Assembly (NCBI GenBank): GCA_003220495.1
Contig: QHSP01000016.1
Span: 87,831 to 151,830, forward strand
DNA: 64,000 bases
Direction of reading: 5' to 3'
Source of the DNA: Candidatus Rokuibacteriota bacterium
GTDB lineage: Bacteria > Methylomirabilota > Methylomirabilia > Rokubacteriales > CSP1-6
Below, piece after piece: positions 55,809 to 64,000 of this stretch. Below the pieces are notes generated by a model. That model was not told where the DNA came from. It saw nothing but the letters and a program-made list of their open reading frames with translations, and ran no database searches. Within the stretch, counting starts at the first letter, position 1, and each line of letters begins with the position of its first letter. The position numbers and the translations under genes were made by a program.

Positions 55809-56828
55809 GTGGAGATCGGGCTCTTCACCGAGTTCGAGTGGCGTCCCGGTGTCGACGAGGCGCAGGCCTTCGACGACTCGTTGAACCAGGTGACGGTCGC
55901 CGAGGACCTCGGCTACGACGCCGTGTGGCTGGCCGAGCTGCACTTCCAGAAGGAGCGCTCGGTCCTGTCCTCACCCCTCGTCGTCGGCGCGACGATCGCC
56001 GGAAGGACCAAGCGCGTCAAGATCGGCTTCGCCGTTCAGGTCCTGCCGCTCATCCATCCCCTGCGCCTCGCCGAGGACGTCGCGACGCTCGATCAGGTGA
56101 GCAAGGGACGACTCGACTTCGGTGTGGGCCGCAGCGGGCTGCCCGGTCACTACACGGGCTTCAACATCCCGTACGAAGAAAGCCAGGAGCGGTTCGACGA
56201 GACGCTCGAGATTCTCCTGAAGGCGTGGACCGAGGAGCGGTTCACGTTCGAGGGCAAGTACTTCCAGTTCCACGACGTCTGCGCGGTCCCCAAACCGTTC
56301 CAGAAGCCGCATCCGCCGCTGCGCGTCGCGGCGACGTCCGAGGAGTCGTATGCGGCCGTCGGGCGCCGGGGGCTGCCGATCTTCCTGGCGGTGCGGACCT
56401 CCAGCATCAGCGAGCTCGAGCGTTACGTCGGCGCGTACCACGCCGCCTGGCGCGACGCCGGCCACCCCGGCCGCGGCGAGGTCGCCGCGATCCTGCCCGT
56501 CTACGTCGCCGACACGGATCGCCGCGCGCGAGAGGAGACCGAGGCCAGTGCGATGCACTTCTATCGCTCGGTCGGCGCGGCGCTCAGCGCCGGGCCACGA
56601 GCGGAGGTGGGTGAGCGCCTGCGGCGGCTGAGCTTCGACCAGGTCTTGAAAGACTTCGCCGTCTACGGCACGCCCGAGCGCGTCGCGGAGCGGCTCGAAG
56701 ACCTGCGCGGGGCCATCGGTTTCACGAAGCTCGCGGCGTGGATGAACGTCGGCTCGCGCGTCCCGCCCGAGCGTGTGCTCGGCTCGATGCGGCTCTTCGC
56801 CGAGCGCGTGACCCCGCGGCTCAGATAG
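55809..56828 (+). CDS. LLM flavin-dependent oxidoreductase
   Basis: LGYDAVWLAELHF, HPLRLAEDVATLD, GRLDFGVGR, PKPFQKPHPP. Confidence 0.92.
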   Translation: MEIGLFTEFEWRPGVDEAQAFDDSLNQVTVAEDLGYDAVWLAELHFQKERSVLSSPLVVGATIAGRTKRVKIGFAVQVLPLIHPLRLAEDVATLDQVSKGRLDFGVGRSGLPGHYTGFNIPYEESQERFDETLEILLKAWTEERFTFEGKYFQFHDVCAVPKPFQKPHPPLRVAATSEESYAAVGRRGLPIFLAVRTSSISELERYVGAYHAAWRDAGHPGRGEVAAILPVYVADTDRRAREETEASAMHFYRSVGAALSAGPRAEVGERLRRLSFDQVLKDFAVYGTPERVAERLEDLRGAIGFTKLAAWMNVGSRVPPERVLGSMRLFAERVTPRLR

Positions 56829-58488
56829 CCGGGTCGATCCTCACGTCGACCAGGTGTGGTCCGCCGCTCGCCAGCGCACGGCTGACCGCCGGGCCGACGT
56901 CCGGCGCCTTCTCGACCTTCGTGCCAGGAACGCCGAGTGACCGGGCCAGGCCGACGAAGTCGATCTCCGGCCGATCCAGATCCATCGCGACATAGCGATC
57001 GTCCTCGGCCGAGAATCCCTTCAACGCTTTCGTCCGCTGCTTCAGGATCCGGTACGACGTGTTGTTGAAGATGACGTACACGACCGCGAGCGACTCCCGC
57101 GCCGCGGTCCAGAGGGCCTGGTTCGTGTACATCGAGCTGCCGTCGCCGACCAGCGCGAGCACCGGCCGATTCGGCAGCGCGAGCTTCACGCCGAGCGCCG
57201 CCGGTAACCCCCAGCCGATACCGCCGCCGCGCAGCCCGAAGAAGCCCTTCGAGTCGGCGCACTTGAAGAAGTGGCGGATGCCCTGCGAGGACGAGATCGC
57301 CTCGTCGACGATGACCGCGTCGGCCGGCGTCACCTTGGAGACCTCGTGCATGAGGGTCAAGGGAGAGATCGGTACGCGCGAGGCCTCGGCCTCGGCGCGC
57401 TTGGTCAGCTCCGCGCGCTCGGCCGCGAAGGCGGCGGCGACCCCCTCCTTCCGCGTGGCGGCCTGCGGATGGCCGTGCTGGCCGGTGTTGCGGCGGATCG
57501 CTTCCGCCAGCTCGGGCAGGGTCGCCTTGGGCTCGCCGAAGATCGCGACCTCGGCCGGGTAGTTCTTGCCGAGCTCCCACGGATTCACGTCGAGGTGCAC
57601 GACCTTGAGCCCGGGCGGCATCGGGTCGACGTCGTCGGGCAGCGAGAGCGTGAAGATATCGCCGCCGACCGAGAAGAGCAGGTCGTGGCGCATCAGGAGC
57701 GCACGGATCGGCGGGCCGATGCGCGGCATCGAGCCGGCGTGGAGCGGGTGGGTGAACGGGAACGAGCACGTGCTCGCCACCCCCTCGGTGATCACCGGCG
57801 CCCCGATCAGCTCCGCCACCTCGGCGAGCTCGGCGAGCGCGTCGCCGTGGGCGACCGCGTCACCGGCGATGATCACCGGGTTCTGGGCCTTCGCCAGCAG
57901 CTCGGCGGCGCGCGCGACCGCCGCGCGATCACCGACGATGCGCGGCGCGACGCGCGTCGGCGCGCCGAGATCCAGATCGCGCTCGGCGTTCAGGACGTCC
58001 ACCGGCAAGGAGAGGAAGACCGGTCCGCTCGGGTGGGAGAACGCGGTCTTGACCGCGCGGTGCACGATCCGCGGCAGGTCCTCGAGCCGGCGCGCCTCGG
58101 TCGACCACTTCACGAGCGGCGCGGCCATCGGCGGCAGATCCGACCAGAGGATCGGCTCGGTCACGTTGAATCCCTGGTCGTGCTGGCCCGCGGTGAGCAG
58201 CATCGGCGCTCCGGATTTGCTCGCGTCGTAGAGCATGCCCATCGCGTTGCCGAGCCCGGGGGAGACGTGCACGTTCACGGCCGCGAGGCCGCCACTGGCC
58301 TGCGCGTAGGCGTCCGCCATCGCGATGGCGACCGCCTCCTGCAGCGCGAGCACGTAGTGGATGCCGGGCTCGCGCGCGAGCCCGTCCATGAGCGGCAGCT
58401 CCGTGGTGCCGGGATTGCCGAACATGATCGAGACGCCTTCCTGCTTGAGGATCTGGAGGAATGCTTGCTTGCCGGTGATGTAGGCCAT
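56821..58488 (-). CDS. ThDP-dependent enzyme, benzoylformate decarboxylase-like
   Basis: FGNPGTTELP, LQE, GLGNAMG, GDGSSMY...NN. Confidence 0.9.
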   Translation of the reverse strand: MAYITGKQAFLQILKQEGVSIMFGNPGTTELPLMDGLAREPGIHYVLALQEAVAIAMADAYAQASGGLAAVNVHVSPGLGNAMGMLYDASKSGAPMLLTAGQHDQGFNVTEPILWSDLPPMAAPLVKWSTEARRLEDLPRIVHRAVKTAFSHPSGPVFLSLPVDVLNAERDLDLGAPTRVAPRIVGDRAAVARAAELLAKAQNPVIIAGDAVAHGDALAELAEVAELIGAPVITEGVASTCSFPFTHPLHAGSMPRIGPPIRALLMRHDLLFSVGGDIFTLSLPDDVDPMPPGLKVVHLDVNPWELGKNYPAEVAIFGEPKATLPELAEAIRRNTGQHGHPQAATRKEGVAAAFAAERAELTKRAEAEASRVPISPLTLMHEVSKVTPADAVIVDEAISSSQGIRHFFKCADSKGFFGLRGGGIGWGLPAALGVKLALPNRPVLALVGDGSSMYTNQALWTAARESLAVVYVIFNNTSYRILKQRTKALKGFSAEDDRYVAMDLDRPEIDFVGLARSLGVPGTKVEKAPDVGPAVSRALASGGPHLVDVRIDPAI

Positions 58489-58550
58489 GGTGGGCGAGAT
58501 GATAATCTCGCCGTCGCTCGGAAGGAAGTGCCTCTGATAAGCTTTCCTTC

Positions 58551-59588
58551 GTGTCACGCCCAGACGCACCGCTCCTCCGCGCCGCCCGCCGCCAGCCGAC
58601 GTCGTACACGCCGGTGTGGCTCATGCGCCAGGCCGGCCGCTACATGCCGGAGTACCGCGCGATGCGCGAGCGCTACGGCTTTCTCGAGCTCGCCCGAAAT
58701 CCGGAGGCGGCCGCCGAGGTCACGCTGCAGCCCGTCGCCCGTCTGGGCGTCGATGCGGCGATCCTCTTCGCCGACATTCTGTTGATCGTCGAGCCGCTCG
58801 GCGTCGGGCTCGAGTTCGCCAAGGGCGAGGGCCCGGTCATCCATCGGCCGGTGCGCAGCGAGGCGGCGATCGCGCGGCTTCCGCGCGTCGACGTCGAGTC
58901 GTCGGTCCCCTTCGTGTTCGAGGCCGTGCGCCGCGTGAAGCAGGCGCTCGCCGGCCAGGTGCCGCTGATCGGCTTCGCCGGCGCGCCCTTCACGGTCGCG
59001 TCGTACGTCGTCGAGGGGGGGCCGTCGCGCGACTACCTGCACACCAAGCGGCTCATGTACGAGGAGCCCGAGGGCTGGGGCCGCCTCATGGGAATCCTCG
59101 TCGACGCGACCGCGCGATATCTCAACGGCCAGATCGCGGCGGGCGCCGAGGCCGTCCAGATCTTCGACTCCTGGGTCGGCGTGCTGGCGCCCGAGGACTA
59201 CCGCACGTTCGTGCTGCCGCACACGCGCGCGCTGATCCGCGCGCTCACGCCGGGGATCCCGGTGATCCACTTCGGAACGGGCACCGCGTCGCTGCTGCCG
59301 TCGATGCGCGCGGCCGGCGGCGACGTGATCGGACTGGACTGGCGGGTGGATCTCGACGCCGGCTGGACGGCCGTCGGCCACGACGTCGCGGTGCAGGGCA
59401 ACCTCGACCCGGTGGTCCTCCTCTCGAAGCCCGCCTACATCCGCCAGCGCGTGAAGGACATCCTCGAGCGTGCCGGCGGCCGCGCGGGGCACATCTTCAA
59501 TCTCGGTCACGGCATTCTCCCGCAGACGCCGGTCGAGCACGCCCACGCGCTGGTCGAGATGGTGCACGAGCTCTCCGATCGGCGATGA
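58551..59588 (+). CDS. hemE: Uroporphyrinogen decarboxylase
   Basis: PVWLMRQAGRYMPEY, AILFADIL, GFAGAPFT, QIFDSW, QGNLDP, FNLGHG. Confidence 0.97.
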   Translation: MSRPDAPLLRAARRQPTSYTPVWLMRQAGRYMPEYRAMRERYGFLELARNPEAAAEVTLQPVARLGVDAAILFADILLIVEPLGVGLEFAKGEGPVIHRPVRSEAAIARLPRVDVESSVPFVFEAVRRVKQALAGQVPLIGFAGAPFTVASYVVEGGPSRDYLHTKRLMYEEPEGWGRLMGILVDATARYLNGQIAAGAEAVQIFDSWVGVLAPEDYRTFVLPHTRALIRALTPGIPVIHFGTGTASLLPSMRAAGGDVIGLDWRVDLDAGWTAVGHDVAVQGNLDPVVLLSKPAYIRQRVKDILERAGGRAGHIFNLGHGILPQTPVEHAHALVEMVHELSDRR

Positions 59589-60526
59589 GCACCGTCGATT
59601 CCGTCCTGCTCGTCGCCTTCGGCGGGCCGACGGCGCCTCACGAGATCCGACCCTTTCTCGAGATCGTCACACGCGGGCGCGGAATTCCCCCCGCGCGGCT
59701 GGAGGAGGTCGCGCACCACTACGAGCAGATGCCAGGCGGCCGCTCGCCGCTCGCCGAGCTCACGTTCGCGCAGGCGCGCGGGCTCCAGCAGACGCTCGCC
59801 CAGGCCGGGCCCGCGCTGCCGGTGTTCGTCGGAATGCGCAACTGGCATCCGTTCTTACACGAGACGCTCGCCGAGATGGCGGGCAAGGGGGCGCGGCGGA
59901 CGCTCGCCGTCATCCTCTCGCCGCTCCGCGCCGAGGCCTCGTGGGACCGCTACATGCACGACGTCGCCGAGGCGCGGGCGCGCGTGTCCGAGGCGCCCGA
60001 GGTCGGCTTCGCGCCGGCCTGGTTCGAGCACTCACGTTTCGTGGCGGCGGTCGCCGACCGCGCGCGCGCGGCGCTCGGCGAAGTGCCGACGGCTGCGCGT
60101 ACGGAGACGCCGCTGGTGTTCACGGCGCACAGCATTCCGACCGCGATGGCCGCCCTCTCGCCGTACGTGTCGGACTTGACGGCGGCGGCCCGCGCTGTCG
60201 CGAGGCGCCTGGGCCACGCGCGGTGGTCGATCGCCTATCAGAGCCGGAGCGGGAGCCCCCGGCAGCCGTGGCTCGAGCCGGACATCGCCGACGTCCTGCG
60301 ACGGCTGGCGGCGGACGGCGAGCGCCACGCCGTCGTCGTGCCGATCGGTTTCGTGTGCGATCACGTGGAGGTGCTGTACGACCTCGACGTCGAGGCGCGC
60401 CGGGTGGCCGACGGTGTCGGGCTCGCGCTTCATCGCGCCGCCGCCGTGAACGACCATCCGGAGTTCGTCGCGATGCTGGCCGATCTCGTTCGCGGCGCCC
60501 ACGGCGGCGCCCGGGGCTCCCGATGA
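59585..60526 (+). CDS. hemH: Ferrochelatase (coproporphyrin/protoporphyrin)
   Basis: FGGP, GRSPL, GMRNWHP, FTAHSIP, YQSRSG, WLEP, GFVCDHVEVLYDLD. Confidence 0.95.
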   Translation: MSTVDSVLLVAFGGPTAPHEIRPFLEIVTRGRGIPPARLEEVAHHYEQMPGGRSPLAELTFAQARGLQQTLAQAGPALPVFVGMRNWHPFLHETLAEMAGKGARRTLAVILSPLRAEASWDRYMHDVAEARARVSEAPEVGFAPAWFEHSRFVAAVADRARAALGEVPTAARTETPLVFTAHSIPTAMAALSPYVSDLTAAARAVARRLGHARWSIAYQSRSGSPRQPWLEPDIADVLRRLAADGERHAVVVPIGFVCDHVEVLYDLDVEARRVADGVGLALHRAAAVNDHPEFVAMLADLVRGAHGGARGSR

Positions 60527-60548
60527 GGTCGGGCGATGGTGACGTGAG

Positions 60549-61991
60549 ATGACTCGACTGAAGCTCGTCGTCGTCGGCGCCGGGATCACCGGACTCGCGG
60601 CGGCCCATCGCGCCGTCGAGCTCGCGCGCGAGCGCTCGGCCGAGCTCGATCTGACGCTCGTCGATTCACGCGACCGGCTCGGCGGCATCGTCGCGACCGA
60701 GCGCGCCGGCGGATTCCTCGTCGAGGCAGGCCCCGATTCGTTCCTTTCGGAGAAGCCGTGGGCGCTGGCACTCTGCCGGAGGCTCGGCGTCGAGCACCGG
60801 CTCGTGCGCACCGACGATCGGTTCAGAAAGGTCTTCGTCTGGCGCGCCGGGCGTCTCCACGCGCTGCCCGACGGCTTCCAGCTCCTGGCGCCGACGAAGC
60901 TCGGGCCGTTCGTCAAGTCCGGTCTGTTTTCGTGGCGCGGCAAGCTGCGCATGGCCTTCGATCTCGTCCTGCCGCGGGGTACCAGTGACGACGAGAGCCT
61001 CGGGGCCTTCGTGCGCCGCCGACTGGGACGCGAGGCGCTCGAGCGCGTCGCTCAGCCGCTCGTCGCCGGGATCTACACGGCCGATCCCGACGATCTCTCG
61101 CTCTCGGCCACGATGCCGCGGTTCGGCGAGCTCGAGCGGCGCGAGCGGTCCGTCATTCTCGGACTCTGGCGCGCGAGCCGCCGGGCGCCGCAGACAGGGA
61201 CGAGCGGAGCGCGCTGGAGCCTCTTCGTGACCTTCCAGAACGGCATGGAGGAGATGGTCACGACGATCGCCTCGCGCCTGCCGCCGGGCTCGGTGCTCCT
61301 CAAGCATCGTGTGGACGGAATCGAGCGACGTGGTCGAGGCTGGCGCGTGGTCGGCGGCCTGGGCCCCGCGCTCGAAGCGGACCAGGTCATCGTCGCGACC
61401 GAGTCGTACACCGCGAGCCGACTCCTGCGCTACGTCGATCCGGCGCTCGCGACCCTGCTCGGCGAGATTCCGTATGCGTCCTCGGCGACGGTGACGTTCG
61501 GCCTGCGCCGCGCCGACGTTCCGCATCCCCTCGACGGCTTCGGCTTCATCGTTCCGCGCGCCGAGCGGCGCTCGGTGCTCGCGTGCACGTTCTCGAGCGT
61601 GAAGTATCCGGGCCGCGCGCCCGCGGGCCACGTGCTGCTTCGCTGCTTCGTGGGCGGCGCGCTGAACGAAGGCATTCTCGCGTCGGACGATACAGCGTTG
61701 ATCGCGGCAGCGCGAGACGAGCTGCGCGAGGCGCTCGGAATCACCGCCGAGCCCGCGCTCACGCGGGTGGCGCGCTGGACGAAGGCGATGCCCCAGTATC
61801 ACGTCGGCCACCCGGGCCGCGTCGAGACGATCGAGCACTGTGCCGCGGCGGTGCCGGGCTTGCATCTGGCCGGCGGCGCGTATCGGGGCGTCGGGATCGC
61901 CGACTGCGTCAGATCCGGCGAAACGGCTGCCGAGCGAGTCTTCGGTGCGTCGCCGGCGTCAGACCGCGGCGATCGTTCCCAGCTTGAGTAG
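60549..61991 (+). CDS. hemY: HemY-type proto/coproporphyrinogen oxidase
   Basis: VVGAGITGL, EAGPDSF, AGIY, GFGF, MPQYHVGH, GVGIADC. Confidence 0.93.
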   Translation: MTRLKLVVVGAGITGLAAAHRAVELARERSAELDLTLVDSRDRLGGIVATERAGGFLVEAGPDSFLSEKPWALALCRRLGVEHRLVRTDDRFRKVFVWRAGRLHALPDGFQLLAPTKLGPFVKSGLFSWRGKLRMAFDLVLPRGTSDDESLGAFVRRRLGREALERVAQPLVAGIYTADPDDLSLSATMPRFGELERRERSVILGLWRASRRAPQTGTSGARWSLFVTFQNGMEEMVTTIASRLPPGSVLLKHRVDGIERRGRGWRVVGGLGPALEADQVIVATESYTASRLLRYVDPALATLLGEIPYASSATVTFGLRRADVPHPLDGFGFIVPRAERRSVLACTFSSVKYPGRAPAGHVLLRCFVGGALNEGILASDDTALIAAARDELREALGITAEPALTRVARWTKAMPQYHVGHPGRVETIEHCAAAVPGLHLAGGAYRGVGIADCVRSGETAAERVFGASPASDRGDRSQLE

Positions 61992-63170
61992 CTCCTCGAT
62001 CCGCTCCCGCGAATAGCCCAGCACCTCGCCGAGCACCACGCGCGTGTGCTCGCCGACCCGATAGGGCGCGCCGCCGCGCGGCTTCACCGGCCGACTGTCG
62101 ACGTGAAACGGCACGGCCGTGATGCGCACGGTGCCCCGCCCGGGATGCTCGATCTCCGGAAACGCCTGCCGCTCCGCCAGGTGGGGATGGGCCACGACCT
62201 CGGCGGGCGAGAGGACGGCGGAGGCGGGAATCCGCGCGGCCGTGAGCGTCTTCACGGCTTCCTGGACCGTCTTGAATCGGTCGAGCCACGTGCAAATGAT
62301 CGGGTGCAGCTCGGCCCAGTGCTCGCGGCGCCCCGCCGGGGTGGCGAAGCGCGCGTCCGACGCGAGGTCGGGCCGATCCATCATGGCCACCAGCCGCGCC
62401 CAGAGCTGTGGCGCTCCGACCGTTTGCATCGCCACGTGACGGCCGCCGAGTCCGTGGACGATCATGCCCGGCCGTGGGCCCGGATACTCCGGCCCGGCGT
62501 TGAGGATGCCCCCGTAGTGGATATCCTCCGCGCCCACCATGCACTCGAGCATCGAGACGTCGAGGTAGGCGCCGCGGCCCGTCCGCGTGCGCCGCCAGAG
62601 GGCGGCCAGGATCGCTCCGAAGGCGTGGGTGCCGGCGAGCACGTCGGCCGCCTGGAGATAGCCGGGCCGCGGCGCCGGATCGGTCTGCTGCTCGAGGTGC
62701 ATGATGCCCGACATCGCGTTGACGATGTGATGGAAGGCCGGCTGCAGACGCAGCGGGCCGCTCTGGCCGAAGCCGGAGATGGAGCAGTACACGAGATCGG
62801 GCTTCACCGCCGACAGCGCCGCGTAGTCACAGCCGAGCTTCGCGACGACGCCGGGCAGGAAGTTCTCGACCACGACGTCGGCGGCTCGCGCCAGGTCCGC
62901 GACGACCTCGCGGGCCTTCGGGTGCGAGAGGTCGAGCGCCAGGCTCGACTTGCCCGCGTTGATCCTGATGAAGTACGTGCCCTGATCGGCGCGGCCGGCT
63001 TCGATCTGGGTGTGGCCGCGCCGGGTGTCGTCGCCCTCGCCCGGGCGCTCGATCTTGATCACGCGCGCGCCGAGATCCGAGAGCAGGCGCGTGCAGTAGG
63101 GGCCGGCCAGCACGCGCGTGAAATCGAGAACGGTGAGACCGGCGAGAAGCGGTTCGTCAGAGCCGGGCAT
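61959..63170 (-). CDS. Class III CoA transferase family
   Basis: LAGPYC, GARVIKIE, NAGKSS, ENFLPG. Confidence 0.9.
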   Translation of the reverse strand: MPGSDEPLLAGLTVLDFTRVLAGPYCTRLLSDLGARVIKIERPGEGDDTRRGHTQIEAGRADQGTYFIRINAGKSSLALDLSHPKAREVVADLARAADVVVENFLPGVVAKLGCDYAALSAVKPDLVYCSISGFGQSGPLRLQPAFHHIVNAMSGIMHLEQQTDPAPRPGYLQAADVLAGTHAFGAILAALWRRTRTGRGAYLDVSMLECMVGAEDIHYGGILNAGPEYPGPRPGMIVHGLGGRHVAMQTVGAPQLWARLVAMMDRPDLASDARFATPAGRREHWAELHPIICTWLDRFKTVQEAVKTLTAARIPASAVLSPAEVVAHPHLAERQAFPEIEHPGRGTVRITAVPFHVDSRPVKPRGGAPYRVGEHTRVVLGEVLGYSRERIEELLKLGTIAAV

Positions 63171-63289
63171 GGGCGGTCTCCTCGACGTGATTTCTGAGCA
63201 TCAGCGCGCGGATCTTTTGGGCCTCGCCTTCGCGCATTCGGTCCATTAGTCTAGCAGGGCGTTCGATCGGAACCCCCGGGAGGACACGC

Positions 63290-64000
63290 ATGCGGATGGT
63301 CGATGTCGAGACACTCGAACGGATCACGCGGGACATCTTCGTCGCCTGGAAGGCGCCCCGCGAGGACGCCTCCTGGATCGCGTCCTTGCTCGTGCGCGCG
63401 AATCTGCGCGGTCACGACTCGCACGGCGTGATCCGCATCCCGCACTACGTCCACGCGCTCAAGGCCGGAGAGGTCAACCCGACGCCGTCGATCAAGACCG
63501 AGATGGAGACGCCGACGATCGCGCGCATCGACGGCGACAAGGGGTTCGGCCAGGTCGTCGCGCGGCACGGCATCACGCTGGCGATCACGAAGGCCCGGGC
63601 TCAGGGCCTGTCGGCGGTCACGCTTCGGCGCACGAACCACGTGGGCCGGCTCGCGGACTATGCGGAGATGGCCGCAGTCCAGGGGCTGATCGGTATGCTC
63701 TGGGTCAACGCGCCGACGGCGCTGAACGTCGCGCCGTGGGGCGGCGCCGCGCGGCGCCTCGGGACCAACCCGCACGCGGTGGCGGTGCCGGGCCCCAACG
63801 CGAGCGTCGCGATGTCGCACGACTTCGCCACCAGCGTCGTCGCCGAGGGCAAGCTGAAGGTGAAGTTCAACCGCGGCGAGAAGGTGGCGCCCGGCATCAT
63901 GCGGAACGGCCGAGGCGAGCCGTCGACCGATCCGCGCGAGTACTACACCGACCCGCCCGGCTCGTTGATCACCGCGGGGGAGCACAAGGGATACGGCCTC
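63290..64000 (+). CDS. Ldh_2 family (malate/L-lactate/ureidoglycolate) dehydrogenase, truncated by window end
   Basis: Own translation after GGAGG: MRMVDVETLE...ANLRGHDSHG...NHVGRL...GTNP...DFATS...HKGYGL. Confidence 0.9.
   Translation, partial: MRMVDVETLERITRDIFVAWKAPREDASWIASLLVRANLRGHDSHGVIRIPHYVHALKAGEVNPTPSIKTEMETPTIARIDGDKGFGQVVARHGITLAITKARAQGLSAVTLRRTNHVGRLADYAEMAAVQGLIGMLWVNAPTALNVAPWGGAARRLGTNPHAVAVPGPNASVAMSHDFATSVVAEGKLKVKFNRGEKVAPGIMRNGRGEPSTDPREYYTDPPGSLITAGEHKGYGL

Noticed and set aside
30..63985. Many long antisense or alternate-frame ORFs (e.g. 30..1490, 21970..23904, 24835..27435, 47170..49425, 63251..63985)
   Set aside because: Arg/Ala/Pro-rich shadow ORFs expected in high-GC DNA; each overlaps a gene with clear family motifs.

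Overview
High-GC (roughly 70% by eye), gene-dense bacterial chromosomal window with about 63 CDS. No rRNA, tRNA, CRISPR, integrase or transposase was recognised. It is dominated by acyl-CoA catabolism genes (CoA transferases, acyl-CoA dehydrogenases, crotonases, HMG-CoA lyase), two Liv-type ABC transporter sets, two citrate synthases, an aconitase-prpF cluster, two core-only MetE-family enzymes, lemA-TPM genes, dps and a hemE-hemH-hemY operon. This gene content is reminiscent of Candidatus Rokubacteria (inference only). The main signals the ORF track misses are: (1) a TlpA/thioredoxin-like gene split at an in-frame TGA in a W-U-x-x-C motif, with a SECIS-like hairpin right behind it (probable selenoprotein, cotranscribed with a lone molybdenum hydroxylase large subunit); (2) a small BldC/Xis-like HTH gene whose divergent promoter carries four TCAA repeats phased at exactly 10 bp in front of a citrate synthase; (3) a ~50-bp structured intergenic repeat family, with one copy nested in the loop of another; (4) a widespread leaderless-promoter signature and two apparent non-canonical start codons; (5) an MBL-REC-cNMP-GGDEF signalling fusion.
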